Translations under genes and position numbers: made by a program | Shown here: piece by piece, positions 28,756-39,808 of the stretch | Position numbering within the stretch: the first letter of the stretch is position 1 | Layout of the letters: each line of letters begins with the position of its first letter | From: an uncultured Desulfobacterales bacterium | GTDB lineage: Bacteria > Desulfobacterota > Desulfobacteria > Desulfobacterales > B30-G6 | DNA: 64,000 bases | Reading direction: 5' to 3' | Assembly: GCA_964435695.1 (NCBI GenBank) | Contig: CAYTAQ010000001.1 | Coordinates: 4,580 to 68,579, forward strand | Notes under the pieces: model-generated | Seen by the model: only the letters and a program-made list of their open reading frames with translations | The model's database searches: none | Told to the model about the DNA's origin: nothing

Positions 28756-30357
28756 TCAATGTGATACGTCTGATTTTGGTTTTATATCGACGATATTCCG
28801 TATAACTTGAGCGATACTCACCATTTCAGGACTTCGCAATGCGAGTGAACAACCTGCATAGGAAAGCATTCCGGCCAGAATGGTGACGATCAATCCGGTG
28901 CATACCCTCCAAAAGTCCCTGATGTGCGGCTGCAGCATAAGCGTCATTGAAGCATACACCGCAAGGCCCATCACACCGGAACATAAAAGGGTTCTAATTG
29001 TAGAAAGCAGAAAATTCCGCCATCCCAAAAAGCCGATTTTTTTCTTTAATGCCCAGACCAATAAAAAAAGGTTGACCATGGACGCCACAGAGGTCGCCAA
29101 AGCGAGGCCGCCATGTTGAAGCGGCCCCATAAGGACAATGCCCAATCCGATGTTGACCATAACCGATACCACCGCCATTCGAACCGGTGTGCGGGTGTCC
29201 TGCAGGGCATAATACAACGAAACAACGATGCGAACGCCTGAAAACGCCCAGAGCCCGATGGCATAATACAGCAAGGCAATGGCCGTCATTCGCGTCGTGT
29301 TCATATCAAAAGCGCCTCGTTTAAACAAGAGTTCGATAATGGGCACGCGCAGCATAATGAGTCCCACCATGGAAGGCACGGTAATGAAAAGAACCAGTCG
29401 CATGGCATGTCCGAAGGTATCTCTGAGGGCGTCGTAATCCTTGGCGGCAGCCTGTCTCGACAAGCTGGGCAAGACGGCCGTGGCCGTGGCAATGGCAAAT
29501 ATCCCCAGTGGAAACTGTACCATACGGTCCGCATAATACAGGTACGAAACACTCCCTTCTGATAAAAAAGATGCCAGAAGCGTACTGATAAAAATATTGA
29601 TCTGGTAAACTGCCGCCCCAAAAACAGCAGGGACCATCAGTTTGCCGATTTTTATAAGTCCCGGATGGAACAAGCCGGTCTTTTTCCAGAAACATACCCC
29701 CTCATGGACCAGAAAAGGAAGCTGCAGCAGTAACTGAAGCCCCCCTCCGATCAAAACGCCGACGGCCAACCCAAACACCGGTTCCGACAAATGCGGCGAT
29801 AAAAAAAGAACCGAGGCAATCATGGCAAGATTTAAAAAAACAGGCGCCAGAGCCGGAGCGGCAAAATGATCCAATACATTGAGAATTCCCATAAAGAGCG
29901 CTACCAGGCCGATAAAAAAGATATAGGGGAACATGATACGTGTCAGCGCCACGGTAAGCCTGTATTTTTCAGGCGATTCAGTAAATCCCGGCGCAATGAC
30001 ATGGATAATGAGGGGCGTTATCAGCATACCGATGACGGTGGTCGCAACCAGCACAACCGAGAGCATCCGGATGGCTGCGCCCGCAAGCTGAAAAGCCTCT
30101 TCCCTGCCTTTATTCGTCAGATATTCCGTAAAGACAGGAATAAAGGCAATGGTCAGCGACCCTTCAGCAAAGAGCCTCCGCAAGAGGTTGGGTATTCTGA
30201 ATGCGACAAAAAAAGCATCTGAAGCGAGACCGGCGCCGAAATATCCGGCGATGACCACATCTCTTAAAAACCCGAAAATACGGCTCAATAGCGTTGCCGA
30301 GCCTACGATGCCGGCGACTTTTGTTACACGAGAATTCTCTTTCTTGGTTCCAACCAT
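28756..30357 (-). CDS. murJ: lipid II flippase MurJ (MviN)
   Basis: 533 aa and polytopic. The N-terminus SRIFGFLRDVVIAGYFGAG..DAFFVAFRIPNLLRRLFAEG is typical of MurJ. Confidence 0.9.
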   Translation of the reverse strand: MVGTKKENSRVTKVAGIVGSATLLSRIFGFLRDVVIAGYFGAGLASDAFFVAFRIPNLLRRLFAEGSLTIAFIPVFTEYLTNKGREEAFQLAGAAIRMLSVVLVATTVIGMLITPLIIHVIAPGFTESPEKYRLTVALTRIMFPYIFFIGLVALFMGILNVLDHFAAPALAPVFLNLAMIASVLFLSPHLSEPVFGLAVGVLIGGGLQLLLQLPFLVHEGVCFWKKTGLFHPGLIKIGKLMVPAVFGAAVYQINIFISTLLASFLSEGSVSYLYYADRMVQFPLGIFAIATATAVLPSLSRQAAAKDYDALRDTFGHAMRLVLFITVPSMVGLIMLRVPIIELLFKRGAFDMNTTRMTAIALLYYAIGLWAFSGVRIVVSLYYALQDTRTPVRMAVVSVMVNIGLGIVLMGPLQHGGLALATSVASMVNLFLLVWALKKKIGFLGWRNFLLSTIRTLLCSGVMGLAVYASMTLMLQPHIRDFWRVCTGLIVTILAGMLSYAGCSLALRSPEMVSIAQVIRNIVDIKPKSDVSH

Positions 30358-30500
30358 CTACAGGTCGATCTCCAATCAAATTTCAATATTCTTAAAATTT
30401 GAAACGCTCAATTTAGGTAAAAAATGATTGACAAATACATCAATCATATATATTTAGAAAAATTTATGTGTGATTAACAACTGAAAAGGAGCTATCAACA

Positions 30501-30764
30501 TTGGCAAATCATAAATCGGCATTGAAACGTGCCCGACAGTCTGAAATCAAACGTATACGAAATAAAACAGTTAAAACCAGAATCAGAAATGTTATCAAAG
30601 AAGTGCGCCAAGCTGCCGGCGAAAAATCGCGCGAACACTCTCTCAACACGCTGAATACGGCTAAATCATCCATTGACACAGCCGTTAAAAAGGGTGTGGT
30701 TCACAAAAGAACGGCTGCAAGGAAAATATCCCGCCTTTCAAAACTGATAAACAAAACTGCATAG
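30501..30764 (+). CDS. rpsT: 30S ribosomal protein S20
   Basis: MANHKSALKRARQSEIKRIRNK... with a TTG start and an AAAGGAG RBS. Confidence 0.93.
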   Translation: MANHKSALKRARQSEIKRIRNKTVKTRIRNVIKEVRQAAGEKSREHSLNTLNTAKSSIDTAVKKGVVHKRTAARKISRLSKLINKTA

Positions 30765-30801
30765 GCTCAATTCACAGAATCGTTTTTTTATAAATCGACT
30801 G

Positions 30802-30838
30802 ACTCTCCCGTACGATATGTTTCCAGGGAGAGTTTTTG
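30802..30838 (+). terminator. intrinsic terminator after rpsT
   Basis: Stem ACTCTCCC (30802-30809) pairs with GGGAGAGT (30826-30833) and is followed by TTTTTG. Confidence 0.6.
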
Positions 30839-30853
30839 TATGGTTCCTACCGG

Positions 30854-31375
30854 CTAAAAATCCTCGGTCAGACGGTAGAATACCGCCTCCGCTATCTGTT
30901 TTGAAAGCAATAAAATGGCGTTCTGTTTATTTTTGTCAGTCGCCTGTTTGTCTCCCGACACCACCGCATATGTTTCATCAGCTGATACGCCTGTTGCCGA
31001 TCGCAGGGTTTTCCCCGCTGCATCTTTCAGTTTTACATCCACCGTAATTGAAATACGCCGCTCCTGTGACGTCAACGCCCCTGTCCGGGATACGGTCCAG
31101 GTTCTGATGCCGGTGATGCTGCCGGACAATATGGCTGCAGCATGCTCCTTTTCCGACAACGTCCCGCCGTACTTATGAATAAATTCATTTTTAAGGTCGT
31201 CGGTCAGTAATATATCGATACCGGTTTCAGTGCTTCGATTTTCAAACAGGCTGATGAAGAGTCTATTGATATCCGGCAGCACCTCCCCGCTTCCTGCAAA
31301 TTGGTAGCCGCAGGAGCTCATTGCCAAAATAATATAACAGGATATCAGCAAACAAGTGGTCCGGGTGCTGGACAT
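30854..31375 (-). CDS. lptE: LptE-like LPS-assembly lipoprotein
   Basis: Signal peptide with lipobox MSSCGY. It lies directly downstream of leuS, the conserved leuS-lptE arrangement. Start set at Met35. Confidence 0.65.
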   Translation of the reverse strand: MSSTRTTCLLISCYIILAMSSCGYQFAGSGEVLPDINRLFISLFENRSTETGIDILLTDDLKNEFIHKYGGTLSEKEHAAAILSGSITGIRTWTVSRTGALTSQERRISITVDVKLKDAAGKTLRSATGVSADETYAVVSGDKQATDKNKQNAILLLSKQIAEAVFYRLTEDF

Positions 31376-31391
31376 GCGTTTCGGCTTAAGC

Positions 31392-33995
31392 TTAAATAAC
31401 AATATTAACAAGTTTTTGTTTAACAACAATAACCTTTTTGATGGGTTTACCGCTGACGAAGTGCAGTGCGCGTTCATCAGAGAGCGCTATGTGTTTGATC
31501 TGATCTTCGGTTGCATCCGCCGATACATTGAACCGGCTTCTGACCTTTCCATTCACCTGCACCACGATCAGCAATTCATCTTTAACGAGGGCATCCTCTC
31601 GATAGGTCGGCCACGTCATGGATATGACCGGCTGCTTATTCCCCATTGCCTCCCACAACTCCTCGGCAAAATGTGGAACGATGGGCGACAGCAACAGGGC
31701 TACCGTTTCCATGGCAAAGCGGATCACCTGATTTCTTTCCGGCATGTCTGCCAGGGTTTCAATCCCGTACAGAACGTTCACCAGCTCCATAATTGCACTG
31801 ATGGCGGTATTAAAATGAAAGCGGTCCTCAATATCCCTGGTGACCCGTTTAATGGTTTCATGGGTTTTTATAAAAAGCGCTTTTATTTCATTTTCCAGTC
31901 CTTCAGCCGATCCGGTATAGGGCCGTACCTCCTTGATATTCGGCATGCAGGCGCCGGCCAGACGCCAAACGCGGTTTAAAAATCGAAACCCTCCCTCAAC
32001 ACCTTGCTCACTCCATTCCAAATCCCTTTCGGGCGGCGCTGCAAAAAGGCAGAACAGCCGGGTTGTGTCGGCACCGTATTTTTCAAGCAATATATTGGGA
32101 TCAATGACATTCTTTTTTGATTTTGACATTTTTTCGACACGCCCGATGCTGACCTCTTTACCGCATTTTGAGCAGTATCGCCTTTCATTTTCTTCGCGAA
32201 CCTCTTCAGGAAAAAGAAAACCGTGGTCCGGGCAGGATGCGGTTTCCTTACAGACCATCCCCTGTGTCAGCAGGCATGTAAAGGGTTCCTTATACTTCAC
32301 AAGCCCCATAGAATTCAACACCCGCGTATAAAACCTGGAATAAAGCAGATGAAGGATGGCGTGCTCAACCCCGCCGATATATTGATCAACAGGCATCCAG
32401 TAATCCACTGCTTTCGGATCAAACATCCCATCCTGAAAATCCGGGCTGCAATACCGTTCAAAATACCAGGAAGATTCCACAAAGGTATCCATGGTATCAG
32501 TCTCCCTGTGCGCATCCGGACGTCCGCATTTTGGGCATGATGTTTTTACAAAAGATTCGAGAACCGGCAGTGGTGATCCCCCTCCCGCCAGCAAATCGGT
32601 GCTCTCGGGTAACACAATCGGCAGGTCTTTCTCAGAAACTGAAACATCACCACAGGCTTTACAATGGACCATGGGGATAGGAGCCCCCCAGTATCGCTGA
32701 CGGGAAATTCCCCAGTCGCGCAATCGAAAGCTGACCGTTTTTTGACCGATTTCGTTTTCTTCAAAGTATAAAGCCATCGCTTCCTGAGCAGCCGTATGCT
32801 TCATGCCGTCAAACTGACCGGAATTGATCATGATGCCCTCGCCGGTGAAAGCCTCGGTCATCCCCTCCGCCGCCAGGTCTTCATTTTCAGGCCTAACAAC
32901 GACGATGATTTCAAGTCCGTACTTTTTTGCAAAGTCGAAATCCCTTTGGTCGTGTGCGGGGACGCTCATAACCGCACCCGTTCCGTATTCCATTAAGGCA
33001 AAGTTGGCTGTATATATCGGCATTTTTCTTCCGCTCATGGGATTAATGCACCATGCACCGATAAAAACACCTTCTTTTTCGTAATTCTCAACCGCCTTTG
33101 CTGATCGATCCTGGAGTGACATGCGTTCGATAAACGCCGCTACATCTGATTCTTCCGCCGTTCCTTGTGACAGCTTAAGAACCAGCGGGTGCTCAGGCGC
33201 CAGGCACATAAATGTCGCTCCGAAAATCGTATCCGGCCGGGTTGTGAAAACGGCGATTTTCTCCTCCGCCGTTCCGTTCTCAATCCAAATAGGAAAACGT
33301 ATTTCAGCGCCCACGCTTTTGCCGATCCAATTCTTTTGCATGGTGATGACCTTCTCGGGCCACCCCGGAAGCCTGTCACAGTAAACCAACAGGTCTTCCG
33401 CATAATCCGTTATACGGAAAAACCATTGCCAGAGTTTTTTCTGCCGCACCGGTTTCCCGCACCGCCAGCACATACCGTCTTCAACCTGCTCATTGGCCAA
33501 TACCGTTTGACAGGGCTCGCACCAGTTAACATATGATTCTTTACGATAAGCCAGCCCCGCTTCAAACATCTTCAGGAACAACCATTGCTCCCATCGATAA
33601 TATTCGGGTTTGCAGGTCGCCAGTTCCCGTTCCCAGTCATATGAAAATCCGATCCGCTTCAATTGAGACCGCATGTTATCGATATTCTGATAGGTCCACG
33701 TTGCCGGATGGCTCTTATTGGCAATGGCCGCATTTTCAGCAGGCATGCCGAATGCGTCCCACCCCATGGGGTGCAGCACATTAAAACCGCACATTCTTTT
33801 GTAACGGGCGACCACATCCCCGATGGTATAATTTCTTACATGTCCCATATGGATATTTCCAGAGGGATAGGGAAACATCTCAAGCAGATAATATTTTTCT
33901 TTCTTTTCATCCACATGAACTGCAAACAGCTTTGATCTCTCCCAAATGTCCTGCCATTTTTTTTCTATGGCCATTGGGTCATATCTCTCTTCCAT
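31392..33995 (-). CDS. leuS: leucine--tRNA ligase
   Basis: [18 protein letters not shown], the HIGH motif ([11 protein letters not shown]) and KMSKS are present. I moved the start to Met59 (33995) because the upstream codons lie in a repeat and the promoter region. Confidence 0.95.
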   Translation of the reverse strand: MEERYDPMAIEKKWQDIWERSKLFAVHVDEKKEKYYLLEMFPYPSGNIHMGHVRNYTIGDVVARYKRMCGFNVLHPMGWDAFGMPAENAAIANKSHPATWTYQNIDNMRSQLKRIGFSYDWERELATCKPEYYRWEQWLFLKMFEAGLAYRKESYVNWCEPCQTVLANEQVEDGMCWRCGKPVRQKKLWQWFFRITDYAEDLLVYCDRLPGWPEKVITMQKNWIGKSVGAEIRFPIWIENGTAEEKIAVFTTRPDTIFGATFMCLAPEHPLVLKLSQGTAEESDVAAFIERMSLQDRSAKAVENYEKEGVFIGAWCINPMSGRKMPIYTANFALMEYGTGAVMSVPAHDQRDFDFAKKYGLEIIVVVRPENEDLAAEGMTEAFTGEGIMINSGQFDGMKHTAAQEAMALYFEENEIGQKTVSFRLRDWGISRQRYWGAPIPMVHCKACGDVSVSEKDLPIVLPESTDLLAGGGSPLPVLESFVKTSCPKCGRPDAHRETDTMDTFVESSWYFERYCSPDFQDGMFDPKAVDYWMPVDQYIGGVEHAILHLLYSRFYTRVLNSMGLVKYKEPFTCLLTQGMVCKETASCPDHGFLFPEEVREENERRYCSKCGKEVSIGRVEKMSKSKKNVIDPNILLEKYGADTTRLFCLFAAPPERDLEWSEQGVEGGFRFLNRVWRLAGACMPNIKEVRPYTGSAEGLENEIKALFIKTHETIKRVTRDIEDRFHFNTAISAIMELVNVLYGIETLADMPERNQVIRFAMETVALLLSPIVPHFAEELWEAMGNKQPVISMTWPTYREDALVKDELLIVVQVNGKVRSRFNVSADATEDQIKHIALSDERALHFVSGKPIKKVIVVKQKLVNIVI

Positions 33996-34098
33996 TGAAC
34001 GGGCATACCTCCAAAATTCGGTAGTGTGATGGAACCGCCTCTTTTTCAGGCGGTTTATTTTCATGCCATAATATACTATAAATAGCAAGTTGCTTCTA

Positions 34099-34180
34099 CT
34101 GGATAATAGATGCTGGATGCTGGATACTGAATGCCGGTGTAAACAGAGTATCGAGTATCCAGCATCCAATATCCAGCATC
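34099..34180. repeat. word-built palindrome (CTGGATGCTGG theme) in the leuS/rng divergent region
   Basis: CTGGATAATAGATGCTGGATGCTGGATACTGAATGC faces GAGTATCGAGTATCCAGCATCCAATATCCAGCATC. Confidence 0.8.
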
Positions 34181-34257
34181 GCTTCCCTAGAATTCATTTG
34201 ACTTGCACCTATCAATTTCATATCTTCGGGAAAAATACTATTAAGGATACCACCTGA

Positions 34258-35724
34258 ATGAGCAGCAAAATCTTAATTAATGCCGTCGACCCCGAAGAGG
34301 TCAGAATTGCGAAAGTAAAAGACAGCAAGCTAGAGGAGTTTCGCATCGACAGCGCGGCAAAAGAAATCACTCACGGCAATATATACAAAGGTATTATCAC
34401 ACGTGTGGAACCAAGCCTTCAAGCAGTGTTCGTTGATTATGGGGCGGAACGCAACGGCTTTCTTCAAAAAAATGAAATTCACAGCGACTATTTTCAAGAA
34501 ACGCCATCAGGAGACACTTCTATCGCGCATGTTGTCAAGAGGGGGCAGGAGGTTCTGGTTCAGATCATCAAAGACCCGATCCTTAAAAAAGGCGCCATGC
34601 TCTCGACATTCATTTCGCTGCCGGGAAGGCATACCGTCCTGTTGCCGGGCTCTAAAACCCGAGGGATCTCACGTAAAATAGAAGATGAAGACGAAAGAGC
34701 TCGTTTAAAAGAGATCATCGGCAAGCTGAGTATCCCCGAAGGGTTCGGCATTATCATTCGGACTGCCGGCCAAAATTGCACCAAAACCTCAGTTTCCAAG
34801 GATTTGAGTTATTTGTTGAGAATCTGGAAAAATATTAAAACAAAAGGGATAAAAGCAACCACGCCGGCAATGCTCCATAAAGAACGGAACCTTGCGCTAA
34901 GATCCATAAGGGATCACTTTACGCCCGACGTCACGGAAATTCTGATTGATGATGAAGAAGTATTTCATGAAATAAAAAACTTTGTTCAAATTATATCCAC
35001 CAAACATGTCAAAATCGTCAAGTATCATAAAAGCGATAAACCGATTTTTTCAAAGTTTCAACTGGAGGACCAGATAGCTTCCATCTTTGAAAGCCGCGTG
35101 ATTTTAAAATCCGGAGGCTCCATCGTCATCCAGCAGACCGAAGCACTTGTGGCGATCGATGTAAATTCCGGGAAATCAACCCATCAGAAAAGCATTGAAC
35201 AGACCGCCCTGACCACCAACATCGAAGCGGCTGAAGAAGTCGCAAGACAACTTCGGTTGCGCGATATGGGGGGCCTTATCGTCGTTGATTTTATCGACAT
35301 GAAAAATGTGAAGCATCGGCTGGAAATTGAACGGGCATTGAAGAAACATGTTAAATCCGATAAAGCCAAAATAAATGTGGGCAAAATTTCCAGGTTCGGT
35401 TTAATGGAAATGTCCCGCCAGAGACTCAGACCTTCGATCGAATTCGGTAGTTTTATAACCTGCAACCATTGCCAGGGAAAAGGGCTCATTGCCTCAACAG
35501 AAACCCTGGGTGTCAGATTTTTAAGAAAACTGCGTTTGGAAACCTTGAAAAGCGATGTGAAAAAGGTTAACGGCATCCTCCCCGTCGAAGTTGCTGACTA
35601 CCTGTTAAACAACAAAAGAAAAGAAATATTGGATCTGGAAGCCAGGCGCCAGCTTTCCATCCGGATTATCGGAGATGGTTCCATGCTTCCCGGCGACAGC
35701 AAAATTACCTATGAATCCGAATAG
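34258..35724 (+). CDS. rng: ribonuclease G/E family (Rng/CafA-like)
   Basis: An S1 domain (GNIYKGIITRVEPSLQAVFVDYG) is followed by an RNase E/G catalytic core (AIDVNSGK, GGLIVVDFIDM). Confidence 0.88.
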   Translation: MSSKILINAVDPEEVRIAKVKDSKLEEFRIDSAAKEITHGNIYKGIITRVEPSLQAVFVDYGAERNGFLQKNEIHSDYFQETPSGDTSIAHVVKRGQEVLVQIIKDPILKKGAMLSTFISLPGRHTVLLPGSKTRGISRKIEDEDERARLKEIIGKLSIPEGFGIIIRTAGQNCTKTSVSKDLSYLLRIWKNIKTKGIKATTPAMLHKERNLALRSIRDHFTPDVTEILIDDEEVFHEIKNFVQIISTKHVKIVKYHKSDKPIFSKFQLEDQIASIFESRVILKSGGSIVIQQTEALVAIDVNSGKSTHQKSIEQTALTTNIEAAEEVARQLRLRDMGGLIVVDFIDMKNVKHRLEIERALKKHVKSDKAKINVGKISRFGLMEMSRQRLRPSIEFGSFITCNHCQGKGLIASTETLGVRFLRKLRLETLKSDVKKVNGILPVEVADYLLNNKRKEILDLEARRQLSIRIIGDGSMLPGDSKITYESE

Positions 35725-35877
35725 CCCGCATGACACATGCAGAATAAAAATTTTCAATCCAAGCCGGATTCGGAAAAAATAAAAGAAACATTTGACGTAA
35801 GCCGTCAATTAAAGTATATCAGCGCCATTTTCTGAAGAACATTTGAAATAGATCAGCATAAAAGCAGGTAATAATCG

Positions 35878-36516
35878 GTGAAAGGCCGCACAATAATCGT
35901 TCTTTTATGTTTTACAGCTGTCATGGTCCACGGCTGCAACGTGTTTAAGCCTTCTGCAAACGTCAGGCAGTCCGGGGTTTCTGAACCGGAAAGCACATAT
36001 CAGGCGGCTTTCAGGTCCTGGACTCGGGAGGGGCGTATTTATGATGGCTTGGATGTCAAGCTGATCTCAGCGGCAACCTATTTGTCACCGAAGTTCAGAA
36101 AAGCATTTGCTGTTGAATATGCAAAAATTTATAAACTGACAGAATTGGAAAAAAATAAATTTATAACCGATCAGGAAAATGCCGGTTCGGGATACGAGGA
36201 TTTTATTTTTGCGGCATACGTGCCTGAAAAAGAATGGGATGATTTTTATAAAAAGAATTCTATTTGGAAAATTTTTATCACACGGGATAACATCAAACAG
36301 ATCAAACCGATTGAAATTCGGAAATTGGATAAACGGGATGCAAAAACGGGCTATTTTTATCCGTATGTCACACCTTGGAAATCCATCTATCGACTAAGGT
36401 TTCCGAAACTGTTAGCGGAAGACGAAAAAAAAACACCACGGGATGAGACGGATTCTCTCAAACTTGTGCTGACCAGTGTACTGGGATCCACTGAAATAAT
36501 ATGGAATCTAAATTAA
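35878..36516 (+). CDS. putative lipoprotein, function unknown
   Basis: GTG start, signal peptide with lipobox VHGC. No family recognised. Confidence 0.55.
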   Translation: MKGRTIIVLLCFTAVMVHGCNVFKPSANVRQSGVSEPESTYQAAFRSWTREGRIYDGLDVKLISAATYLSPKFRKAFAVEYAKIYKLTELEKNKFITDQENAGSGYEDFIFAAYVPEKEWDDFYKKNSIWKIFITRDNIKQIKPIEIRKLDKRDAKTGYFYPYVTPWKSIYRLRFPKLLAEDEKKTPRDETDSLKLVLTSVLGSTEIIWNLN

Positions 36517-36537
36517 TAATATAAAAAGGGGGTTGTT

Positions 36538-36912
36538 TTGTTCACAATGAATATGGCATATGCAATGGGCCAGGGTGGTGAAGCAGGAGCTGGAGGGTTC
36601 TCGGCTTTTATTCCGATCATCCTGATGTTCGTCATCTTTTATTTTCTCTTGATTCGTCCGCAGCAGAAAAAAACCAAAGAACACCGTGAAATGATATCTA
36701 GCCTGAAAAAAGGAGACCGGATCATTACCAGCGGAGGAATGCACGGACGCATCACCGGTATAAAAGAATCAGAGGGTGTGCTCATCGTCGAAATTGCGGA
36801 TAAAGTCCGTGTCAAGGTAGCTCGCGGCAATGTTAGCGCGCTAACGCAGTCATCGGCACCACCACCGCAGGCACCTCAAAAAAGCAAACCAGAGGAAGGC
36901 ACATCAAAATAA
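36538..36912 (+). CDS. yajC: preprotein translocase subunit YajC
   Basis: FIPIILMFVIFYFLLIRPQQKKTKEHREMISSLKKGDRIITSGGMHGRI. The start could be TTG 36538 or ATG 36547. Confidence 0.88.
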   Translation: MFTMNMAYAMGQGGEAGAGGFSAFIPIILMFVIFYFLLIRPQQKKTKEHREMISSLKKGDRIITSGGMHGRITGIKESEGVLIVEIADKVRVKVARGNVSALTQSSAPPPQAPQKSKPEEGTSK

Positions 36913-37090
36913 ACGCGTTGGCTGAATTCCGATATTCGGCATGCGGCTCATTTTGAATCAGGCACACGAACAGAACGTCGACAAAATATAAAAGTTAAGC
37001 ATTTTATCGGACGGGATTCCCTGCTGTTGCCAGCCGGGAATCTTCGGTTTTTTCGCATGCATCAATCCCGATGAGGAAAGGAATAGATTA

Positions 37091-38668
37091 TTGAAGGCGC
37101 TGTCATGGAGGCTCGTATCCGTTATCATCATTATCTTGGCTGCAATTGTTTATGTCCTGCCAACATTTTGGGCAGGGATGTGGCCGCACAAGAAAATCAA
37201 TCTCGGCCTCGATCTTCAGGGCGGAATGCATCTAGTCCTGGAAGTCGATACAGACAAAGCGGTGGAAGACACAATCGAAAGGATTACTCAGGAACTTCGG
37301 TCGCAAGTCAGAAAGGAGCATATCAGGGTTCTCGAACTGGAGCGTGTGAAAAACAATCAGATTTCTCTCCGCGTAAAAGGCGCAGAAAATATTGAAAAAT
37401 GCCAAAAGCTTCTTGATAGCGAATTCAAGGACCTCCGTCTGGTATCCAAATCGGAATCCGATGATATTTTATCACTCAAACTTGATCTTCCGGATAAAGA
37501 GGCGGAGCACATCAGGAAACTCGCGGCTGATCAGGCACTTGAAACCATTCGTAACCGGATTGATCAGTTCGGCGTCAGTGAACCGGATATCAGAAACCAG
37601 GGTGAAAACAGAATATTGATCCAGCTGCCCGGTATCAAGGATACCAAAAGAGCCAAGATGCTTATCGGCCGGACAGCGCTGCTGGAATTTAAACTCTTAG
37701 ACGAAGCCAATGATGTCGCAGCGGCCTTGGATGGGAATGTGCCGCCGGGCAGTGAAATTTTATATGAAGTTGCAGAAAACGCTTCGACCCATCGCACCGT
37801 CAAAACCCCTTATCTCGTCCAAAAGCGTACGCTTCTTACGGGCGCCTCCCTGACCGATGCAAGAGTCGAAATCGACTCACAATACAATGAGCCGTATGTA
37901 TCCATCCAATTCGACAAAAAGGGCGGTCGGATTTTTTCACAAATTACCGAGCAAAACGTAAAAAAACGCCTGGCGATTGTATTGGACAATAAGGTCTATT
38001 CAGCACCGGTTATCCAGGAAAAAATTTCAGGCGGCGCCGCTCGAATCACGGGAAGCTTCACCGTGGAACAGGCCCGGGACCTTGCTATAGCACTCAGAGC
38101 GGGCGCGCTTCCCGCACCCGTAAAGGTCATTGAAGAAAGAACGGTGGGGCCTTCCCTCGGTGCCGATTCCATACGCAAGGGTTTGATATCCATGTGTATC
38201 GGCGGCCTGCTCGTTATTCTCTTTATGGTGATTTATTATAAAGCTTCGGGCGTCATCGCCGATTTTGCACTGATACTCAATATTGTCATTATTGCAGGGG
38301 GACTGGCCGGATTTCAAGCAACGCTCACCCTTCCGGGTATTGCCGGCATCATCCTCACCATCGGCATGGCAGTGGATGCCAATGTCCTGATCTATGAGCG
38401 CATCCGGGAGGAAATGAATCTGGGGAAAACGCCCCGGGCGGCCGTGGAAGCGGGATACAGTCGGGCAACATTAACCATTCTCGATGCAAATGTGACAACG
38501 CTCATTGCAGCGCTTGTCCTGTTTCAGTTCGGGACGGGACCTGTCAAGGGATTCGCCGTTACGCTCAGTCTGGGGGTATTGGCAAGCTTATTTACAGCGC
38601 TCATCTTGTCGCGTCTCATTTTTGACTACCTGCTCATCAATCGAAAGATGCGCACCATCAGCATATAA
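37091..38668 (+). CDS. secD: protein translocase subunit SecD
   Basis: 525 aa with LGLDLQGG, a periplasmic domain and C-terminal TM bundle motifs (GIAGIILTIGMAVDANVLIYERIREE). Confidence 0.93.
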   Translation: MKALSWRLVSVIIIILAAIVYVLPTFWAGMWPHKKINLGLDLQGGMHLVLEVDTDKAVEDTIERITQELRSQVRKEHIRVLELERVKNNQISLRVKGAENIEKCQKLLDSEFKDLRLVSKSESDDILSLKLDLPDKEAEHIRKLAADQALETIRNRIDQFGVSEPDIRNQGENRILIQLPGIKDTKRAKMLIGRTALLEFKLLDEANDVAAALDGNVPPGSEILYEVAENASTHRTVKTPYLVQKRTLLTGASLTDARVEIDSQYNEPYVSIQFDKKGGRIFSQITEQNVKKRLAIVLDNKVYSAPVIQEKISGGAARITGSFTVEQARDLAIALRAGALPAPVKVIEERTVGPSLGADSIRKGLISMCIGGLLVILFMVIYYKASGVIADFALILNIVIIAGGLAGFQATLTLPGIAGIILTIGMAVDANVLIYERIREEMNLGKTPRAAVEAGYSRATLTILDANVTTLIAALVLFQFGTGPVKGFAVTLSLGVLASLFTALILSRLIFDYLLINRKMRTISI

Positions 38669-38744
38669 TTTAACTTAGGCCTAAATTGTCTGTTTTCAAA
38701 TTTTGAAACGCTCAACTCAGGTGGAAGCAAAGAAGGATTGATCA

Positions 38745-39773
38745 ATGCAGTTTATAAAACCAGGTATCAATATCAACTTCATAGGCAGAAAAAAGATCGC
38801 ATTCGTATTATCTTCCGCCATGGTGCTGATTTCAATTATCTCCCTTGTTTTTCACGGGGGTCCAAAATACGGCATCGATTTTGCCGGGGGAACGTTGATC
38901 CAGCTAAAATTCAGTTCGCCCATCAAAATTGGTGATATCAAAGCCAGCCTCAGTAAAATGGATATCCATATTTCATCTGTTCAGGAATTTGGGGACAGAA
39001 AGGATTTTGAATTTCTTGTTCGCGCGGACAGTTCTGCAGAAATTACGGAAGACCTGTCCCTCGAGATTGAAAAAGCCTTGGCTGCTGCAACAGGCAGCAG
39101 TGCTGAAATTCGACGTGTCGAAATGGTCGGTCCGCAAGTTGGCAAGGACCTCCGGGAAAAAGCACTTTTGGCCATGTTTTTTGCGCTTCTTTTTATTACC
39201 ATCTATATTTCAGGAAGGTTCGAATTGAAATGGATGTTAAGCGGCGTTATGGCCGGTGCTCTCATGCTTTCGGTTTATGTCCTGAACTTCTTTCATGTCA
39301 GCATTCCCTTTCTGATGGCGGCAGCCCTGGTCGTCACCCTGATCCTTTTCTGGGTGCTTGAATTGAAATATGCCATGGGCGCGATTGTTGCACTCATTCA
39401 TGATGTTATCATTACCATTGGAATCTTTTCCATTGTCGATAAAGATTTTACGCTTCCGATTATCGCGGCCTTGTTGACCATCATCGGATATTCTTTAAAC
39501 GACACCATCATCATATTTGACAGAATCAGGGAAAATTTAAGAAAATATCACAAAGAACGGCTCGATGTCATTCTGAATAAAAGCGTCAACGAAACGCTCA
39601 GCAGAACCATACTGACGTCCCTGACAACGCTCATTGTTCTGGTTGCCCTTTTCCTGCTCGGCGGTGCTATTATACATGATTTTGCATTTGCCATGATCAT
39701 CGGCGTGCTGGTCGGTACATACTCCTCTGTTTTTGTGGCAAGTCCTATTCTGCTTGCGTGGAAAAAGGCGTAA
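38745..39773 (+). CDS. secF: protein translocase subunit SecF
   Basis: 342 aa with GIDFAGGT and YSLNDTIIIFDRIREN. Confidence 0.93.
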   Translation: MQFIKPGININFIGRKKIAFVLSSAMVLISIISLVFHGGPKYGIDFAGGTLIQLKFSSPIKIGDIKASLSKMDIHISSVQEFGDRKDFEFLVRADSSAEITEDLSLEIEKALAAATGSSAEIRRVEMVGPQVGKDLREKALLAMFFALLFITIYISGRFELKWMLSGVMAGALMLSVYVLNFFHVSIPFLMAAALVVTLILFWVLELKYAMGAIVALIHDVIITIGIFSIVDKDFTLPIIAALLTIIGYSLNDTIIIFDRIRENLRKYHKERLDVILNKSVNETLSRTILTSLTTLIVLVALFLLGGAIIHDFAFAMIIGVLVGTYSSVFVASPILLAWKKA

Positions 39774-39808
39774 AATAATGACATCCACGAGCTAGTGTTA
39801 AGCTGTTT

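Noticed and set aside
33996-34257. The divergent leuS/rng region, and the strand switch of gene orientation there, as a replication origin.
   Set aside because: I saw no cluster of DnaA-box-like 9-mers, no AT-rich unwinding element and no dnaA or dnaN nearby. The region is filled by a word palindrome and two ordinary promoters.
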